Shown: in pieces, positions 34,071 through 53,471 of the stretch
Position numbering within the stretch: the stretch's first letter is position 1
How the letters are laid out: each line of letters begins with the position of its first letter
Assembly (NCBI RefSeq): GCF_009914755.1
Contig: NC_060930.1
DNA from: the human T2T-CHM13v2.0 reference genome, Homo sapiens
Length of the DNA: 64,000 nt
Reading direction: 5' to 3' (one strand)
The notes under the pieces: generated by a model
What the model saw: only the letters and a program-made list of their open reading frames with translations
Databases searched by the model: none
Told to the model about the DNA's origin: nothing
Made by a program: the position numbers and the translations under genes

Positions 34071-35053
34071 AGAGAAATAAGTTAACACTCACTCCTCATT
34101 CATTTAACAAATGCTTACTAAGCATCTTCCATTTACTAAACACTGTGCTAAGAAAGTGGCTAGACACCATCCCTATCTTCAAGAAGCTTATAGTTTCATA
34201 AGAGAAAAGTAAGTAGGTAATGACAATACAGTGCTATTGGAACTACAGAAAGGGGCTGTACCACACGCTCTTAAAGCCCATAGAGGGGACAATCTAAGTT
34301 GGTGTCATGGAAGGCTTTCCAGAGTGTATAATCTACATGGAGACCCAAAAGATACAAGGCCAGGCAATGATAAGGGGAGGGGTGAAGAATGTTTCATGCA
34401 GTGAGAAATGGTAAGCAAAGGCTTAGAGAAAATAGCACATGGCATTTTTGGAGACCTGTAAGAAGTGTAATAGTGTTCTAGGGAGAAGGTCAATCAAGAA
34501 TCTAGAGAGGTAAGCAAGAGCTAAACCATGAAAGACTCTGTAAGCTTAAGGAGTTTCAGTGGCAATTTGAAAGCCTTTGAGCAGGCACGTAGGAGGAAAT
34601 GGTCACCTACTGCTGCAAACACAAATGTGTCATCCATTCCCACAGCTGTAAATCTCCTCTACTTCTAGGTAGATTAGGTCCCAATCTATGTCTCGGGCCT
34701 TGTCTTGAGCTCCAGGTAGGCAACTCCATGAGGATTTCCTATGGGAACTTCAGATAAATCTCCATCTTACTCCCTTCTCTTCTTGTTCTGTTTAAGTCCT
34801 CAAATTCAATAATAGCATTGTCCTCTTTCCAGTCGCTGACTGGCTTTGGGGCCCTGAGTCATCTTTATTTCCTCCCTTCCCTACACGACACTCAATGGCT
34901 GCCAAGTCACGGCAATTATATATTCAGAATGTCTCTTCCATTTTTATGTGAACTGAAGGAATTATATTTTTAATTTCCCAGAAAGCTTTTTCATCTTTCT
35001 TCTTCTGGTAACTGAGCTGGGTATGTGACCCAGGCCTGGCTACTCATAGTGTA

Positions 35054-35801
35054 TGCGGCAGATAGATGCTAGGGTGACCCCCACAGGATCCCCACTTCCT
35101 GGCGTTCATGCCTTCATGTGACCCTCTCCCCTTAAGTGTAGGTAGAAACTATAACTTCCTTTTATGCAATAGACTATGGCAAAGGTGAGACGATGTCACG
35201 TTCATAATTACATTACATTGTATGAGATTCATCTTGCTAGGAGACTTGCTCTGGAGACTTTAATTGCTGTTCTGATGAAATTCGTAGCCATGTGGGGAAA
35301 GCCCACCTGACAAGGAACTGTGGGCAGCTTCTAGGAGGTGAAAACAGCCTCAAGCCAACAGCCAGCAAGAATCCACAGACCTCAGTCCTACAGCTACAAG
35401 GAAACAAATTCTGTCAACAACCTCAGTGAGCTTAGAATAAGATATTTTGCAATTGAGCCTCCATGTAAAAACCCAGCACTGGCCAACCCCTTGATTTCAG
35501 CCTTGCAGAAAATCCAGGTAAGCTGTGCCAGGAGCTGTACTCCTGACCTATGGAAACTGTGCGATAAGAAATGCATCTTGGGTTGAAAAATTACCTATTG
35601 GTTACAATGTGCATTATTCAGGTGATGGGTACACTAAAAGCCCAGACTTCACCACTATTCAATATATGCATATAGGAAACCTGCACTTGTGCCCCCCAAA
35701 GATAGAAAAATAAAGATAATAAAAAATAAAAAAGAAACGCATCTTGTTTTAAGTCACTAAGTTAGTGATAAATTTTTATGCAGCAATAGGAAACAAGTAC
35801 A
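35054..35801 (+). mobile_element. MaLR solo LTR (MLT1E-like) with L1 insert
   Basis: TG...CA; CAGCCAGCAAGAA, CCTCAGTCCTACAGC, GCAGCAATAG...TACA. Confidence 0.85.
35581..35731 (+). mobile_element. Severely 5'-truncated L1 (L1PB-like 3' end)
   Basis: GGTTGAAAAATTACCTATTGG...AAAGCCCAGACTTCACCACT...A tail; TSD AAGAAAYGCATCTTG. Confidence 0.85.
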
Positions 35802-36116
35802 ATGTCCCATTCTCATTGCCTGGAAGATATGTTAGTTGCATACATACTGACTATTTTTCTGTATGTTCTTTCTGTTAGAATACTAATTATGTTTTAGATA
35901 TTGGGAAACCATGTGCTTTGAGGGCACCTCTCCAACTCTAGCGGGTATAGGGTTAATTGGTCCAAGCCAGCCATATTTTATCCAGTTTGCCTCACCAACG
36001 ACAGGCTATGCCAACATGTGTATCCTATTCCATAAAATTTAAGAGGATATTTCCTGGGACACTTTCCTCACCCTTAATATGGATGCAAGTCAAGGACTTG
36101 TTTCTTCCTGCCCTAG

Positions 36117-36887
<771 letters not shown>

Positions 36888-37697
36888 TGAGTCACTATAT
36901 GAACCTCATAACTTCTTGTAAGTAAAGTATTATATCATCCTCATTATTTAAGCCATTTTTAAATGGGTATCAGTAACTCTCAGCCAAAAGCACTCTAACT
37001 GAAACCTTGTAAAAGATTCAGAGCAAGGAATGGGCATGTCACCAAAGCAGGGCCTCTCGGAGCTGATTGATGTCTGGATTCTGGACAAAGTTCTTTAGGC
37101 TTGCTAAGTTGGAGAAGGAAGTGAATCCCAGACTAATGGGCACTGTCTTTACCACCACAATCACAGGGCCTCTGTGCAGAAATGAATGAGGCCAAACTTA
37201 TGGAGAGAGGAAAGACATAGCAGTAATAAGTCGCCATGCTGTCACTGAAGCTTTGGTTTCCTGCAGCTCATTTTGTTTGGTTCTTTTAAATTACCTCACA
37301 TTCTTTCCAGTTATGTCAACTAATAAATGCATTCTTTTGCTTACATGAGGTTGTGCTCTATTTCTATCAGTTGCACTGAAAGTAACCCAAGAATACACTT
37401 TCTTTTCTGCCCCTCTAGAGCCTGCAGCCCACTGACATAATTTATTGCCCACTAGTTTGTCTCTCTCACCCTTTAGTCTATTGTTTCTCTGTATATGGTT
37501 AGCCATTTCCCTCCTGAAAAGCCCTCAGGGCTCCTCATGGAAGGCAGCTAGAAACCAGAATTCCTCAGACTGACATTCACAATCTAGCCCCAGCCTACCT
37601 TTTCAACATTTTCTATTACAGTGTTTCTTAAACATTTCACTTTTGACTATCACTCACAATAGGAAATATTGTATATACAAGCATTTTAAACTTTTAT

Positions 37698-37762
37698 TTT
37701 ATTTTATTTCATTTGAGATGGAGTCTCACTCTGTCGCCCAGGCTGCGGTGCAGTGGCACGAT
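37698..37762 (-). mobile_element. 5'-truncated Alu stub
   Basis: About 50 nt of Alu 3' end plus tail; TSD GCATTTTAAACTTTTAT. Confidence 0.9.
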
Positions 37763-37841
37763 GCATTTTAAACTTTTATATTCAATTGTTACAAAAATAT
37801 TAAGAGCTCCTACCTTACCTTGAGATGCATCATAGTAATAA

Positions 37842-38199
<358 letters not shown>

Positions 38200-38613
38200 T
38201 GAATATTTTAAGAAAAGTCTTTTTTTGTCATTTACATATATGAACAGGAAATGAAGTAAGTACCATTTTCAATATAAAAAAAAGTGTTTATACATTCAAA
38301 GTTTCCCCCAAGAAGAGCTCATTTTTTAAAATTTAATTCAAGGGAAGCCAGTAGAAAATGTTCTGTCAAGTTACCTAAAATATAGCAGATCTTTAGTCAC
38401 TTGAAATAGAATTAAGTGAGTAAAAAGGAAGTTTGCATTAGTGTTGATATAACAAGTTTCAGTTGAAAGGAGTTGGCTTGCTGCACATTGATATTCTCAG
38501 CACTCCCAATCTCTGTTATGAACACATTCCTCTATCTTTCAGTAACATCTTGTATCCTTTTCTCATGGACCTTGCCAACCTCCAGCCACCATGTTGTGTT
38601 TCATATATTTCTT

Positions 38614-40058
<1,445 letters not shown>

Positions 40059-40208
40059 TAGGCTCCCTATTTCTGTACTCCTGTTAAGGCTGTGCTTTGT
40101 GCCAAAAATTCTCTCCCTGAAGCATCTTTGGCTATTGAAGTCTCACTTATTAATATAAGTTAGGAATGCTTTTGACTACAAACCGCAGAAAAAGTGGACA
40201 AAAATATT

Positions 40209-41086
<878 letters not shown>

Positions 41087-42431
41087 TAAATATTTTATAC
41101 TTTGCAGACTAAGCGGCAAAATTGAAGATATTGTGTAGGCACTTATATAACAGAAAATAAAATCCTCCCTGTCCTATTTGCTTGAGGTGGGCATGCTTTG
41201 CATCCAGTTGCCTTCTGCTGCAGACAGTCTTGGAAGAAAGAGCTTATCAGCCCAAGGAGGGGCCTGGCCAGCCAGGTGTGTAATAAATATTGCCAACCCC
41301 CCATGGTCAGTTTCACTCTCCACCCCGGTAACATCCAGTGCCCTGTGCACCCTTCTCTACTCCTGGCAAGCCCAGCCACATCAATTTGGGCAGCTAACCA
41401 GAGACAAGGTGGCTTGCAGGGTCACCAACTCCTGGAGTGAGATTCCAGCACTCAGTGCCCAACAGCTGTCAACAATGGAGTCCCCAATGTGTTGGTGGCA
41501 ATCAGCTGGGCCCTAGGCACTGCAATGCATACCTGCCTACTGGCCTGGGGGCAAGTGCTGGGAGCAGAAGGGAAAGTAGGGGCAGAGGATGCCTTGGCTT
41601 AGTCTCTTGGCTCCCAGTGCTAGCCTGCTCAGGCGCACCCTGAGGCATATAAACAGATTTGCCATGGGGGCTGCAGTTTGCCAATCCTTGTTTACAGCAA
41701 GTAATTGCTAGTTATTGTTTGGGTAGCTTGAAGATATCAGGACTGACATCTCTGTGATTCTGTGATTCTCTTGGTCTTTCCCTCATGGTCTCAAGATAAC
41801 TGCTTCAAATCCAACCTTAACATTTGCATTCAATTCAGGAGGGAGGATAAAACAGAAGGGACCATAGACTGTCTCCTTTACTAACAGATGTTTTTCCAGA
41901 GCCATGACCAGCAGATTCTCTTTATGTCGCATGGGCCAGAACTGGGTCCATGGCTTAATTCTCAATGTCTCTCAAAATGGTGATCTGCATGCCACGGCAG
42001 CACTGGGCTTCTGTGGTCCTCATTTAGCAGACAAAGCAGAAAAAAAGTTTATCTCTTTACTAATGATTCCTGCCAGTCCTGGTGGTCCAGTTCAAATGGT
42101 CCAGTTTGAGTTACATTCCCATCCCTGTGGCCAAGGGGGTAAGAAACAGTGCTTGGCCAGCCTGGGTCTATTCCTTTCCCATAAGCCAGGGGATGTGATT
42201 GTCAGTGCTGTGGTGTGAGGGAGGGTGTGTTTCTAAAGGAAAATGTGCCAGGCAGAAACAAATATGTACTCCAGAAGGGAGTCAATATGCTTTTGCCAAA
42301 TTAAATTGAAGTATGATAATGAAGTAGTTATATGCAAGATTTTAATGGATTCTTAAATACTGCTATCCTGGCAGCATTCTGGGCTGTACACAAAATACTT
42401 GATAGTATTTGCTTTCAAGAAGTATACAGCC

Positions 42432-42713
42432 AGCTGGGCACGGTGGCTCACACCTGTAATCCCAGCACTTTGGGAGGCTGAGGTGGGCAGATCACGAGGT
42501 CAGGAGATTGAGACCATCCTGGCTAACACAGTGAAATGCCATCTCTATTAAAAATACAAAAAACAAATTAGCTGGGCATGGTGGCATGCACCTGTAGTCC
42601 CAGCTACTTAGGAGGCTGAGGCAGGAGCTTGCAGTGAACTGAGATTGCACCACTGCACTCCAGCCTGGGTGACAGGGTGAGACTCCACCTCAAAAAAAAA
42701 AAAAAAAAAAAAA
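42432..42713 (+). mobile_element. Alu (AluY/Sc-like), internal deletion
   Basis: GAGGCAGGAG joins CTTGCAGTG; TSD AAGTAYACAGCC. Confidence 0.95.
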
Positions 42714-42760
42714 AGTACACAGCCTGGAATAAACAATGGTTATTTAGCTATAAATAATTA

Positions 42761-43094
<334 letters not shown>

Positions 43095-45759
43095 TATATA
43101 GCATAGACAAAGCCATGAGATTCTGAATAACAGGGACTCAGAAGTCAAAAGTATATTTTGCATAAACAAACTGAAACAGAGAAGATTTAAATGATGTATC
43201 TATAGGTGCACTGAAAGTCGTGATTCAGGTTGGGTCAAAATACAGAGTTGTTACCGGGGAAGGATCGATTAAACTTCCTGAGTTCATCCAGTTTGGAGTT
43301 TTTCAAACAGGCCCTTAGATGAGAGGTACTCTATCCTGGCAGACATAGGGAGTACCTACAGACTGTGATCATGTTTCACCTTGGCATGCTCAAAGCATCT
43401 GGCTAGACATTAGACATTTTCTGTGCCTGGCAAGACACATGCTATCTGCAGCCTGTTTGGGACTCGGCCATGAAAGAACCATTTAACAACCAGTGATACA
43501 GTACATCCTTGATGACTCAAGACATTCTAGGTTTCTTCTTTTTCCTTTGCCAAGTTTAGACTAGGACAGAGGAAGGGGTAAGTGGCAGTGGAAACCATAA
43601 GGCAAAGAGTAGATAGTTGCTGGGTATGTCACACTAAGGTGGGGTTATTAGGTAGAGATGGTCAGAGGACTTGGTAATAACAAAAACAAAGAGCAGAAAA
43701 TCCTCCTAATGTGTCCTATCCAGTTCAATGTTGCCTTTATTTAACAATTACCAAATTAAACCACTATGCCACAGCATGTAGAAATTCTCACTTGTCAGCC
43801 ACAGTCAAAATCTCCTAAAAATTCAACAAGATTTGATTCAAAAAAATCACACACACTCCCTAAAATGCAGTTATACCCTCCTTACTAGTGACAATAATCA
43901 GGGTAAATAGCACAAACACCAATTCATATTTGCCATTAAATAATGCAAGAATATTCCAGATTTCCATGATGCTGGGGGTATGAGACTAAGAAGGAGGGAG
44001 TATTGAAGGGACAGGCCTCTAGAGTGAATATAAGAAGCCCTTCAGTCTTCACTCTGACACATCTGTGTGCTATCAGACCAGGTTCTTTAGCTTTCTGGGT
44101 CTCAGTTTCCTCATCTGTCAAATGACAAAGTGACTTCTAACGTCTCTTCCGACTCTATTTTTAAAAATCTTTATGCCTATATTAAAAGCATTCTGAATGC
44201 TTTTAACTCTTTTGGTTATTGGCAACAGAAACTCGAGCTAGCTAAAGATCAAAAGAGATGTTTATTAGAAACTCTAGTTTGCAAGGAATGGGACATTAGT
44301 AAATTTTCTTTGGCTCAAACAAGATCTAATTCTGTTCTTCCATCTCATTGTGCTGGGAGGAGCATGTAGGATAGGGTGTGTGTAGGTGCAGGGGTCAAGG
44401 GTTGAGAAGGGATGCTATTCAAAGTATTTAACAACTGCTATAACTACAAAGACGCATACCAGGGGAACATCGGTCTGGGTGAAAGTGTTTGGGGGTTGGT
44501 GAAATGGTCAGAGGAGGCAGTGAAGGAGAATGGATAAAACAAATAGCTCTTCTTCTTTCCGATTCTTTGCCTCCAATAAACAAGAATATGGGTACCTCAA
44601 TACATTAGCTCAACACATAAAGATACATGGGCATGTAATGGAAGTCAAGGGCAGAGATACAGCCAGCTTGCCAGAATGAATGGAAGCAGGGACTTGAATG
44701 CCCCTAAGAATTTAGATTCATCTCTTGCAGCTGCTCTTCTCTTTAGAACTAGTTCACTCTCTTATCTCTGTCATCTGCTGAGACAAGTTTCACCTGGTTT
44801 TCCAGTTAGCATGCTGCCAACATCGCCTGAGTTTACTTTTTGTTGTTGTTGTTGTTGTTCAAAATATCACATAGCAAGGATGAACCTAATCCAAATTCCT
44901 CTTGAAGGGTATCTAATTGGCAAAGCTTGGGCCAGGTACCCTTACTTGGACAATCTAACTGTGACAAGGCTGGGATCCTGTTGATATTACTATGTGGATG
45001 GTGGCATAGGAGGGATACTGACAGTTTTAACAATTGGTATGTTATGGGCAGAACCATTGAGAATGGACACAAGCCATTAACAATCCACTGGTTCCAGAGC
45101 CAGACCAGGGCATTCTAGCTAAATATCAGCCTGGGATGAGGAAAAAAGAGGACCAATTTTCAGAAAATGGAGAATAATTGTTGTGAATTGAGCAGTAATC
45201 CAAGAGTATAAGGAAGAATCCAAGAGTACATTACAGAGTATAAGAAAGAAACAGTCAACCCTTTTAAAAAATGAAGTAATAATGTTCCTGGAAACTTTTT
45301 AGCAATTAGAGGGATTAAGTGCCATTTTGGTTTTTATTTGATTATAGGTAAGAGTTCCATACAATAGTGTGCTAAGTATTGCAAACAATAAAGGAAAAAT
45401 ACAGCATAAGATACCTCTTACACTCTGCCCCCAGAAGTTTTCACACTGATTTGAGAAGTCAGACACAGTGAACATTTACAGAACTAGGCATTTAATTGTA
45501 TAGCCTACACAGCGAGTGCCCTAGGAGTCAGAAAAGAGTTTCCTGTGGCTAGACTAGTCAGGGACGCCTTCAGGGAGCAGCTGAGGATGCTTTCTACAGC
45601 TCCTTTCAGCATAAAGATTTTCCAAATTCTATGGATTAATAAAGAGACATTCCTCCATTTGGATTTTGAAGGATGTACTCTAAAGGTGTGGGAAAGCCTT
45701 CTAAGTCAAGGATGGGAATGCAAAAACTTTTGCTAAAAGTTAAACACCAGTCTTCTGAA

Positions 45760-46410
45760 TAAAGTACGGATGCACCCTACAAAATGGATGAAGCTTGAAA
45801 ACGTTATGCTAAGTGGAAACAGACACAAAAGCCACATATTATATGATTCCATTTGTATGAAATATCCACAATAGGCAAACTCACAGACACAGAAGCATAA
45901 TTAGTGGTTGCCAGGAGCTAGGGGCAACAGGGAATGCAGAGTGACTGCTAATGGATGTGGGGTTTCTTTTGAGGATGACAAAAATATTCTGGAATTAGAT
46001 AATGATGACCATTGTACAACCTTCTAATTATACCAAAACCCACTTAATTAGACGCTTAAAAAATGGTGAATTTTGGCTGGGCATGGTGGCTCATGCCTGT
46101 AATCCCAGCACTTTAGAGGCCAAGGCAGGAGGATCACTTGACACAGGAGTTTAAGACCAGCCTGGTTAACACAGCAAGACTTCATCTCTGTGAACAAATT
46201 AGCTGGGTGTGGTAGTGTGCACCTCCAGTTCTAGGTACTCATGAGGCTAAGATGGGAGGATCCCTTGAGCCCCAGATATCAAAGCTGCAGTGAGCTATGA
46301 TTGTGCCACTGTACTCCAGCCTGGGCGACAGAGTGAGACTCTGTCTCTAAAAAGAAAAAAGACAGGTGAATTTTATGGTATGTGAATTATAACTCCATAG
46401 AAATAAAAAA
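45760..46410 (+). mobile_element. L1MB-type 3' end, split by Alu
   Basis: ATGGATGAAGCTTGAAAACGTTATGCTAAGTG...GGTGAATTTTATGGTATGTGAATTATA. Confidence 0.85.
46075..46360 (+). mobile_element. Alu (AluJ-like)
   Basis: TSD GGTGAATTTT. Confidence 0.93.
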
Positions 46411-46462
46411 GTGACAAAACCAAAATAACTTGCCAGCCTTCTGGTTAGAAATAACTTCTTTG

Positions 46463-47037
<575 letters not shown>

Positions 47038-47053
47038 AGAAATAACTTATTTG

Positions 47054-47390
<337 letters not shown>

Positions 47391-48680
47391 TCAACCTGTA
47401 CTTGTCCTACTTATACCTGTGCTATGAATGTCCACTAACAACCTCCTCATCTATCATACCAGACCAGAACTCGCCCCAGTCTTCAATTGCAGCTGAGTAT
47501 TTTCCCTGGTGACCCCATAGATACCTCAAATAAAACATGACCAAAATGAAACTGCAATTTTTGAATCAAATCTCCTTTTCCTCCTCTACTTCCTCTGTTA
47601 GTTGGTAATTTCCCTAACCACCAGTCACTTAGGCCTTCTATGTGCAGGTAATTCTTCATCTCATTTATTTGTTTGTTTATACATTTAGCTAACTTTTTAA
47701 AAGACTTGTATCTATCAGGCAGTGTGCTTTGTCCTGGGAGCATAGCCGTGAACAAGATTCACATGATTTTAGCTGTCATGGAGAAGGCTTTAATAAGAAA
47801 TTCCAACATAGTGAGATAAAAAACTACGACATGGAAAATACGGAAATCTATATGAATGCACAGCATAGGATCCAGCTTCCTACCTATAATTAGCCACCAA
47901 ATGCTACTGACTTTGCCTTTAATTATGAATACCTCTTGGATCTGGTGTTTGCTCTTCAGCCACAGTAACCTTGCCTTCCTTCAAGCTCTTAGCATCTCGC
48001 ACCTACAACTGCTTTCTAACCAGTGTCCTTGTCCCAGTGTCTCATGCCTGGAGCCTTGCTAAGTCTCAGATCCTTCTCCCACACTGCTGCCAGCAAGATT
48101 TTTCAAAAACAAAATATCTCTTCGTGTGAATTCCCTGCTTATAATTTTTTATCTCCAATAGCAAGCAACCCAGCACCTGAGGGCTATAACTTGCTCCCAT
48201 CAGAGCAGAGGTCCACATCAATAGAGCTTGAGGACATGAAGGGGGTTTATCCTTCTTCCCCAGCTCTGGTGGAAAATCATTGTGTAGTTCAAGTTCCTTC
48301 TCAGGATATGCAAAGTCCTTCAAAATGTGAGCCCGGCTTACTTCTCCAGTCTCATATCTTGCGATGGTTCCTCCCATTTGGTAGGATAGATTTTCTTTCT
48401 CTTTAACCTTCCCCAGGCTTCATGGTTTGCACATCACCAAGCTGAGAATGCTCTCTAAGGCAGAGAAGTTGACAGATTTTCTTTTAATATCATAAGTTAT
48501 CAGGTGGCTAAACTAGACCACATGAAAGGCCTGATGATCTTTTTCAGATATTTGAGCCTAAGGCCAGTTCATGGGCTCTATCCCCCCACCTACTTGATTT
48601 GAAGCTCCTGACCCAGTCCAGTAGCAGCAGTGGATGAAATTGAGTGACTTAAAATGTACCTAAGACTGAACATAAGAAGA

Positions 48681-49075
48681 GGCCAGGTGCAGTGGTTCAC
48701 ACTTGTAATCCCAGCACTTTAGGAGGCTGAGGCGAGAGGGTTGTTTGAGGCCAGGAGTTTGAGCCCAGACAGGGCAACATATGGTGACCCCATTTGAACA
48801 AAAAGTTAACCAGATGTGCTGGTATGTGCCTGTAGTCCTAGCTACTCAGGAGGCTGAGGCAGGAGGACTGCTTGAGCCCAGGAGTTCAAGGCTGTAGTGA
48901 GCTATGATTGTGCTACTGCACCCCAGCCTGGGCAACAGAAAGAGACCCTATCTCTAAACAAAACAAAAAAAAAGAGAGAGAGAGAGAAGAGAAGGGAAGG
49001 AAGGGGAAAGGGAAGGGCAAGAGGAGGAAGAGGAAGAAAGAAGAATGAGGAGGAGGAGGAGGAGGACAACGATGA
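48681..49075 (+). mobile_element. Alu (AluJ-like) with purine-rich/(GAG)n tail extension
   Basis: Alu body to about 48973 then GA-rich low complexity. Confidence 0.9.
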
Positions 49076-49519
49076 CACTGGGCAGAGCTGGGAGTGGAGG
49101 GAATGCAAACATTTAAATGGGCCAAAGAAATGGGGAAGGAGAAAGGAAGCAGAGAGCCCAGAGGAGAGATGACTCTCCTGCCCTTGCTTACACAAGGTGC
49201 TGACCACACAGCCACTGCGAAAGTCGATACTAAATCTTGGTGCTAGTTAGAGGAACTGGTAGGTTGAGTGAAACAGGAAGAGGAGCTGCTCCTGAATATC
49301 TGTTCCCCTGAGGATTTTATATGAGTCAGAGCATGCCATGGGAACCCAAAGTAAAGGACTGTGTTTACTTTCTTTTATACTCCATGTGTGTGATGAGGTG
49401 ACTAACGGTCAAACTATTTGGTCACGGACTGTATAGCTCTCTCTTCCATGCTGAGGGGTATAAGCAGGAGTTGCACCCATGATTTTTTTCCTGTAAGTGT
49501 CATACTGCTGTGTGCCTCT

Positions 49520-49870
49520 GTGCTTTTGCACCTGCTATTCCTCAGCCCTGAATGCTTTCCTCCCCTCTTGTCTGCTTATTAGTCTCAGCCTTCATGACTC
49601 ACCCTAAGCTTTTGCTGACCCTCCCAACACTAAAAAGCTTGGTAACTAGAGAGCTAGGAGTGCCTCTTCTGTTTTTTTCATAGTGTCTAGTGTACCTTTC
49701 TTGTAGCCCTTGTAACACTGCATTGTCATCATTTCTTTAAATATGTTTTCTCCACTAGATCAGAGAGTGAAGATTGCACCATGTTCATTTCTTTGTCCTG
49801 AGATCTTAGCAAAGTGCTTTTAGCACCTAGGTGGTTTTCAATAAATATATTCTGAATGGATGAAATAATT
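49520..49870 (+). mobile_element. L2 3' fragment
   Basis: CTTTTGCACCTGCTATTCC...CAATAAATAT...TGAATGGATGAA. Confidence 0.6.
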
Positions 49871-50780
49871 AATAATAGAATATTGCATACTGAGCAATAG
49901 CCATGTGTCCCCTTTGTCCCCAGACTAAATTTTATTTAGTGTCTTCATGGCATTGTAATAAGGTACTTCCCTTCTGACCTAAACAATTTGCTGACCCCTT
50001 GTCAGAAATGTGGAGGGATCAGGGCTAATTGGATTTGTCCAAAGAGAAAAAGAGAGAGATTTAAAGCAGTCAGGCCTCATCCTGCTGCAGCGTTTGCTGG
50101 ACTCAATCTCAATAGAATTGCATCCACTGGCACAATTCTTTTCCAGTCCTGATTTAATAGAGGGGACAAGAGATGTCAAATGCACCATTAAAGAGAAGCA
50201 TAGGTAGAAGGCAGACTGCTCAGATCCAATGCTGCTAGTCAAAGGACCAGATGTACCCATTAGTGGCCGTTAGAAGGGGGCTCATTGCCTATGAATCTCA
50301 GGTTCCTGGAAGTCTGAGCACGCCAAGACTGACCTCCCTGCCACCCACACCTGCTGTACCACAGATGATGAACTGACTCTGACAGTTTTTGGTTGCCTGT
50401 AGCAAGTTACCTCTTTTAACATCTAATTTAAAAGAGAATAAATATTTGTTGTTGTTATGAGCTCAGAAGCACAGGATGTTCACAAAGCACCCCACACATC
50501 ACCATCACAATTGCTATAATTAACTTTACTGTATTTTTGTTGTATAATAATCTATAGCTAATTATAGCCCATTAGAGTTGTATGTACATACCGAGAAATT
50601 AGCGACAGCCATTTACGTATGTATTTATTTTATAAAGAATATTTGGAAAATATTGGAAATAATTTTTTAAATGTTATCCTGGAAATGTCATTATAAATGT
50701 ACAGCTTCTTTCTCTTTATTTATTTATTTTTTTGCAGTGCATGTACAGCGTATCTTCTTTGAAAAAAAAAAGGATCACTT

Positions 50781-51088
<308 letters not shown>

Positions 51089-51580
51089 CTATAACCTGCT
51101 CTGTTTTACTAAACCATAGAACCACAGACTGCATATTTCTCTGTGCCATACAGTCTATGTGATTTTTGAAGACTGCACAGTATTTCACATCATGCATAGA
51201 CCCTAGTTAATTTAGTCAGTCCTCAGTCATCATACCTTATTGCAGGGAATACTTGCTTTGTAAGCCTCCTGCTGGAACTTCCCCTTGACATTGCCAGGAT
51301 TTGAAGGCTCTTGTCAAAACCCCCAGGCTGTCAGATGATTTTTGGAGGTTACCTGGAACGTTTAGGGAGAAAGACCCGATAAACCTGGCTTTCACACTCA
51401 GAGTAGCTTCCAGGGTTCTTCCTGGATGTCCTCAGGGCTGGAGGATCCCAGGCTAGTGGGAAGGATAATCAGAGAATTTTAATTTAATTGAGAGGGAGAA
51501 CAAAGGAGAATTTTACTTTAGTTTGAACTATTCAGGATACTTCTTCAGTATGTCAAATTCTTGCAACTCAGTTTACTTCA

Positions 51581-51879
51581 GTTTTTTGTTTGCTTTTTAA
51601 GACAGAGTCTTACTCTGTCGCCCAGGCTGGAGTGCAGTGGCGCAGTCTCGGCTCGCTGCAACATCTGCCTCCTGGGTTCAAGTGATTCTCCTGCCTCAGC
51701 CTCCTGAGGAGCTGGAATTACAGGCATGCCCCACCATGCCAGGCTAATTTTTTGTATTTTTAGTAGAGACGGGGTTTCACCATGTTGGTCAGGCTGGTCT
51801 CGAACTCCTGACCTCGTGCTCCACCCGTCTCGGCCTCCCAAAGCGCTGGGATTACAGGCGTGAGCCACCACGCCTGGCC
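51581..51879 (-). mobile_element. Alu (AluS)
   Basis: Reverse Alu; TSD TTTACTTCAGTTT. Confidence 0.95.
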
Positions 51880-52973
51880 AATTTACTTCAGTTTAATTCA
51901 ATTTGACAATTTAAAAAATTGAGCGGTTCATTACCATAGCACTGCTTGCTGGGACCAGAATTAACCCCTGCTCATTCTTTTCCCTTCTCTCTCCCTTCCT
52001 CTCAGATTGGAAGACATGCTTCTCTTTAACTGCTTCTTCTTGTCCTCCTTGTTTCCACCCCGGGGCATGTTTTCTTCTGGAACATTTGTAGGTCATTCTA
52101 GCCTTCTCTAAGGGTTCAATAGTAAATGATGATGGACTCCTGGACTAAGTGGATTCTCAATGTGCCAAGAATTTACATTATTTGGTTCATACATTTAACA
52201 AATATATTTTGAACACATACTATTTGCTATGTCATATGGGTAGGACAATGATTATCATGTATACAAACCTCTCTCCGTAGGAGCTTACAGTCCAGCGGAG
52301 GAGCCAAAGAAGTAAAAAGAGATCTGCAAAATGAAAGTATCACAAGAGAGGTCAACTCAAGATGCTATTTCCCATCAGAACAGAAGTCACCCTTGACTAA
52401 AACCACAACTTTAAACTTGGCCCAACATCCAGTGCCTTGTCCCCAGGGGTGCAAATATGGACTGGAAAGGACCCCAATTTATCTGCCCTGCCCTGAGGTC
52501 TGGGCTGGGATATAGCCCAGGTCTCATCTATCCTGAGGGGCCTTCCAGATGGACACATGGACAGCCAGTTCTGGCCCCCTGACTTACTCCTCTGTAGTGA
52601 AAACAGACTCAGTAAACACAAGCTGAATTAAACTGGCCAATTGTTGCATTGATTTTTTTTTCTTTTTAGATAATTAAAACCCTGAAACCAAGGCAGAGTC
52701 AAGCATGAATAATGCAATTGCTACTCATCTTGTCCAAGATTGCCATTTTCACCGTCCCATCCTATTTAAAGAAAGAGAGAACTGAGATAAGTATCCCTGA
52801 GAAAGGCTTCAACTAAAGAGCTATGGACAGGGACACTCTGTCACTTCCTGGGATTTTGACCCCCAGCTGTCCAACAGAGGAGGGTCTGTGCCTTTGCTCA
52901 TTAGCCTAACTTAGATGATAGGTGACAAACTGAAGTGAGCTATAGGGAGTTGTCCACTTCCAGGCTGCTATCA

Positions 52974-53471
<498 letters not shown>

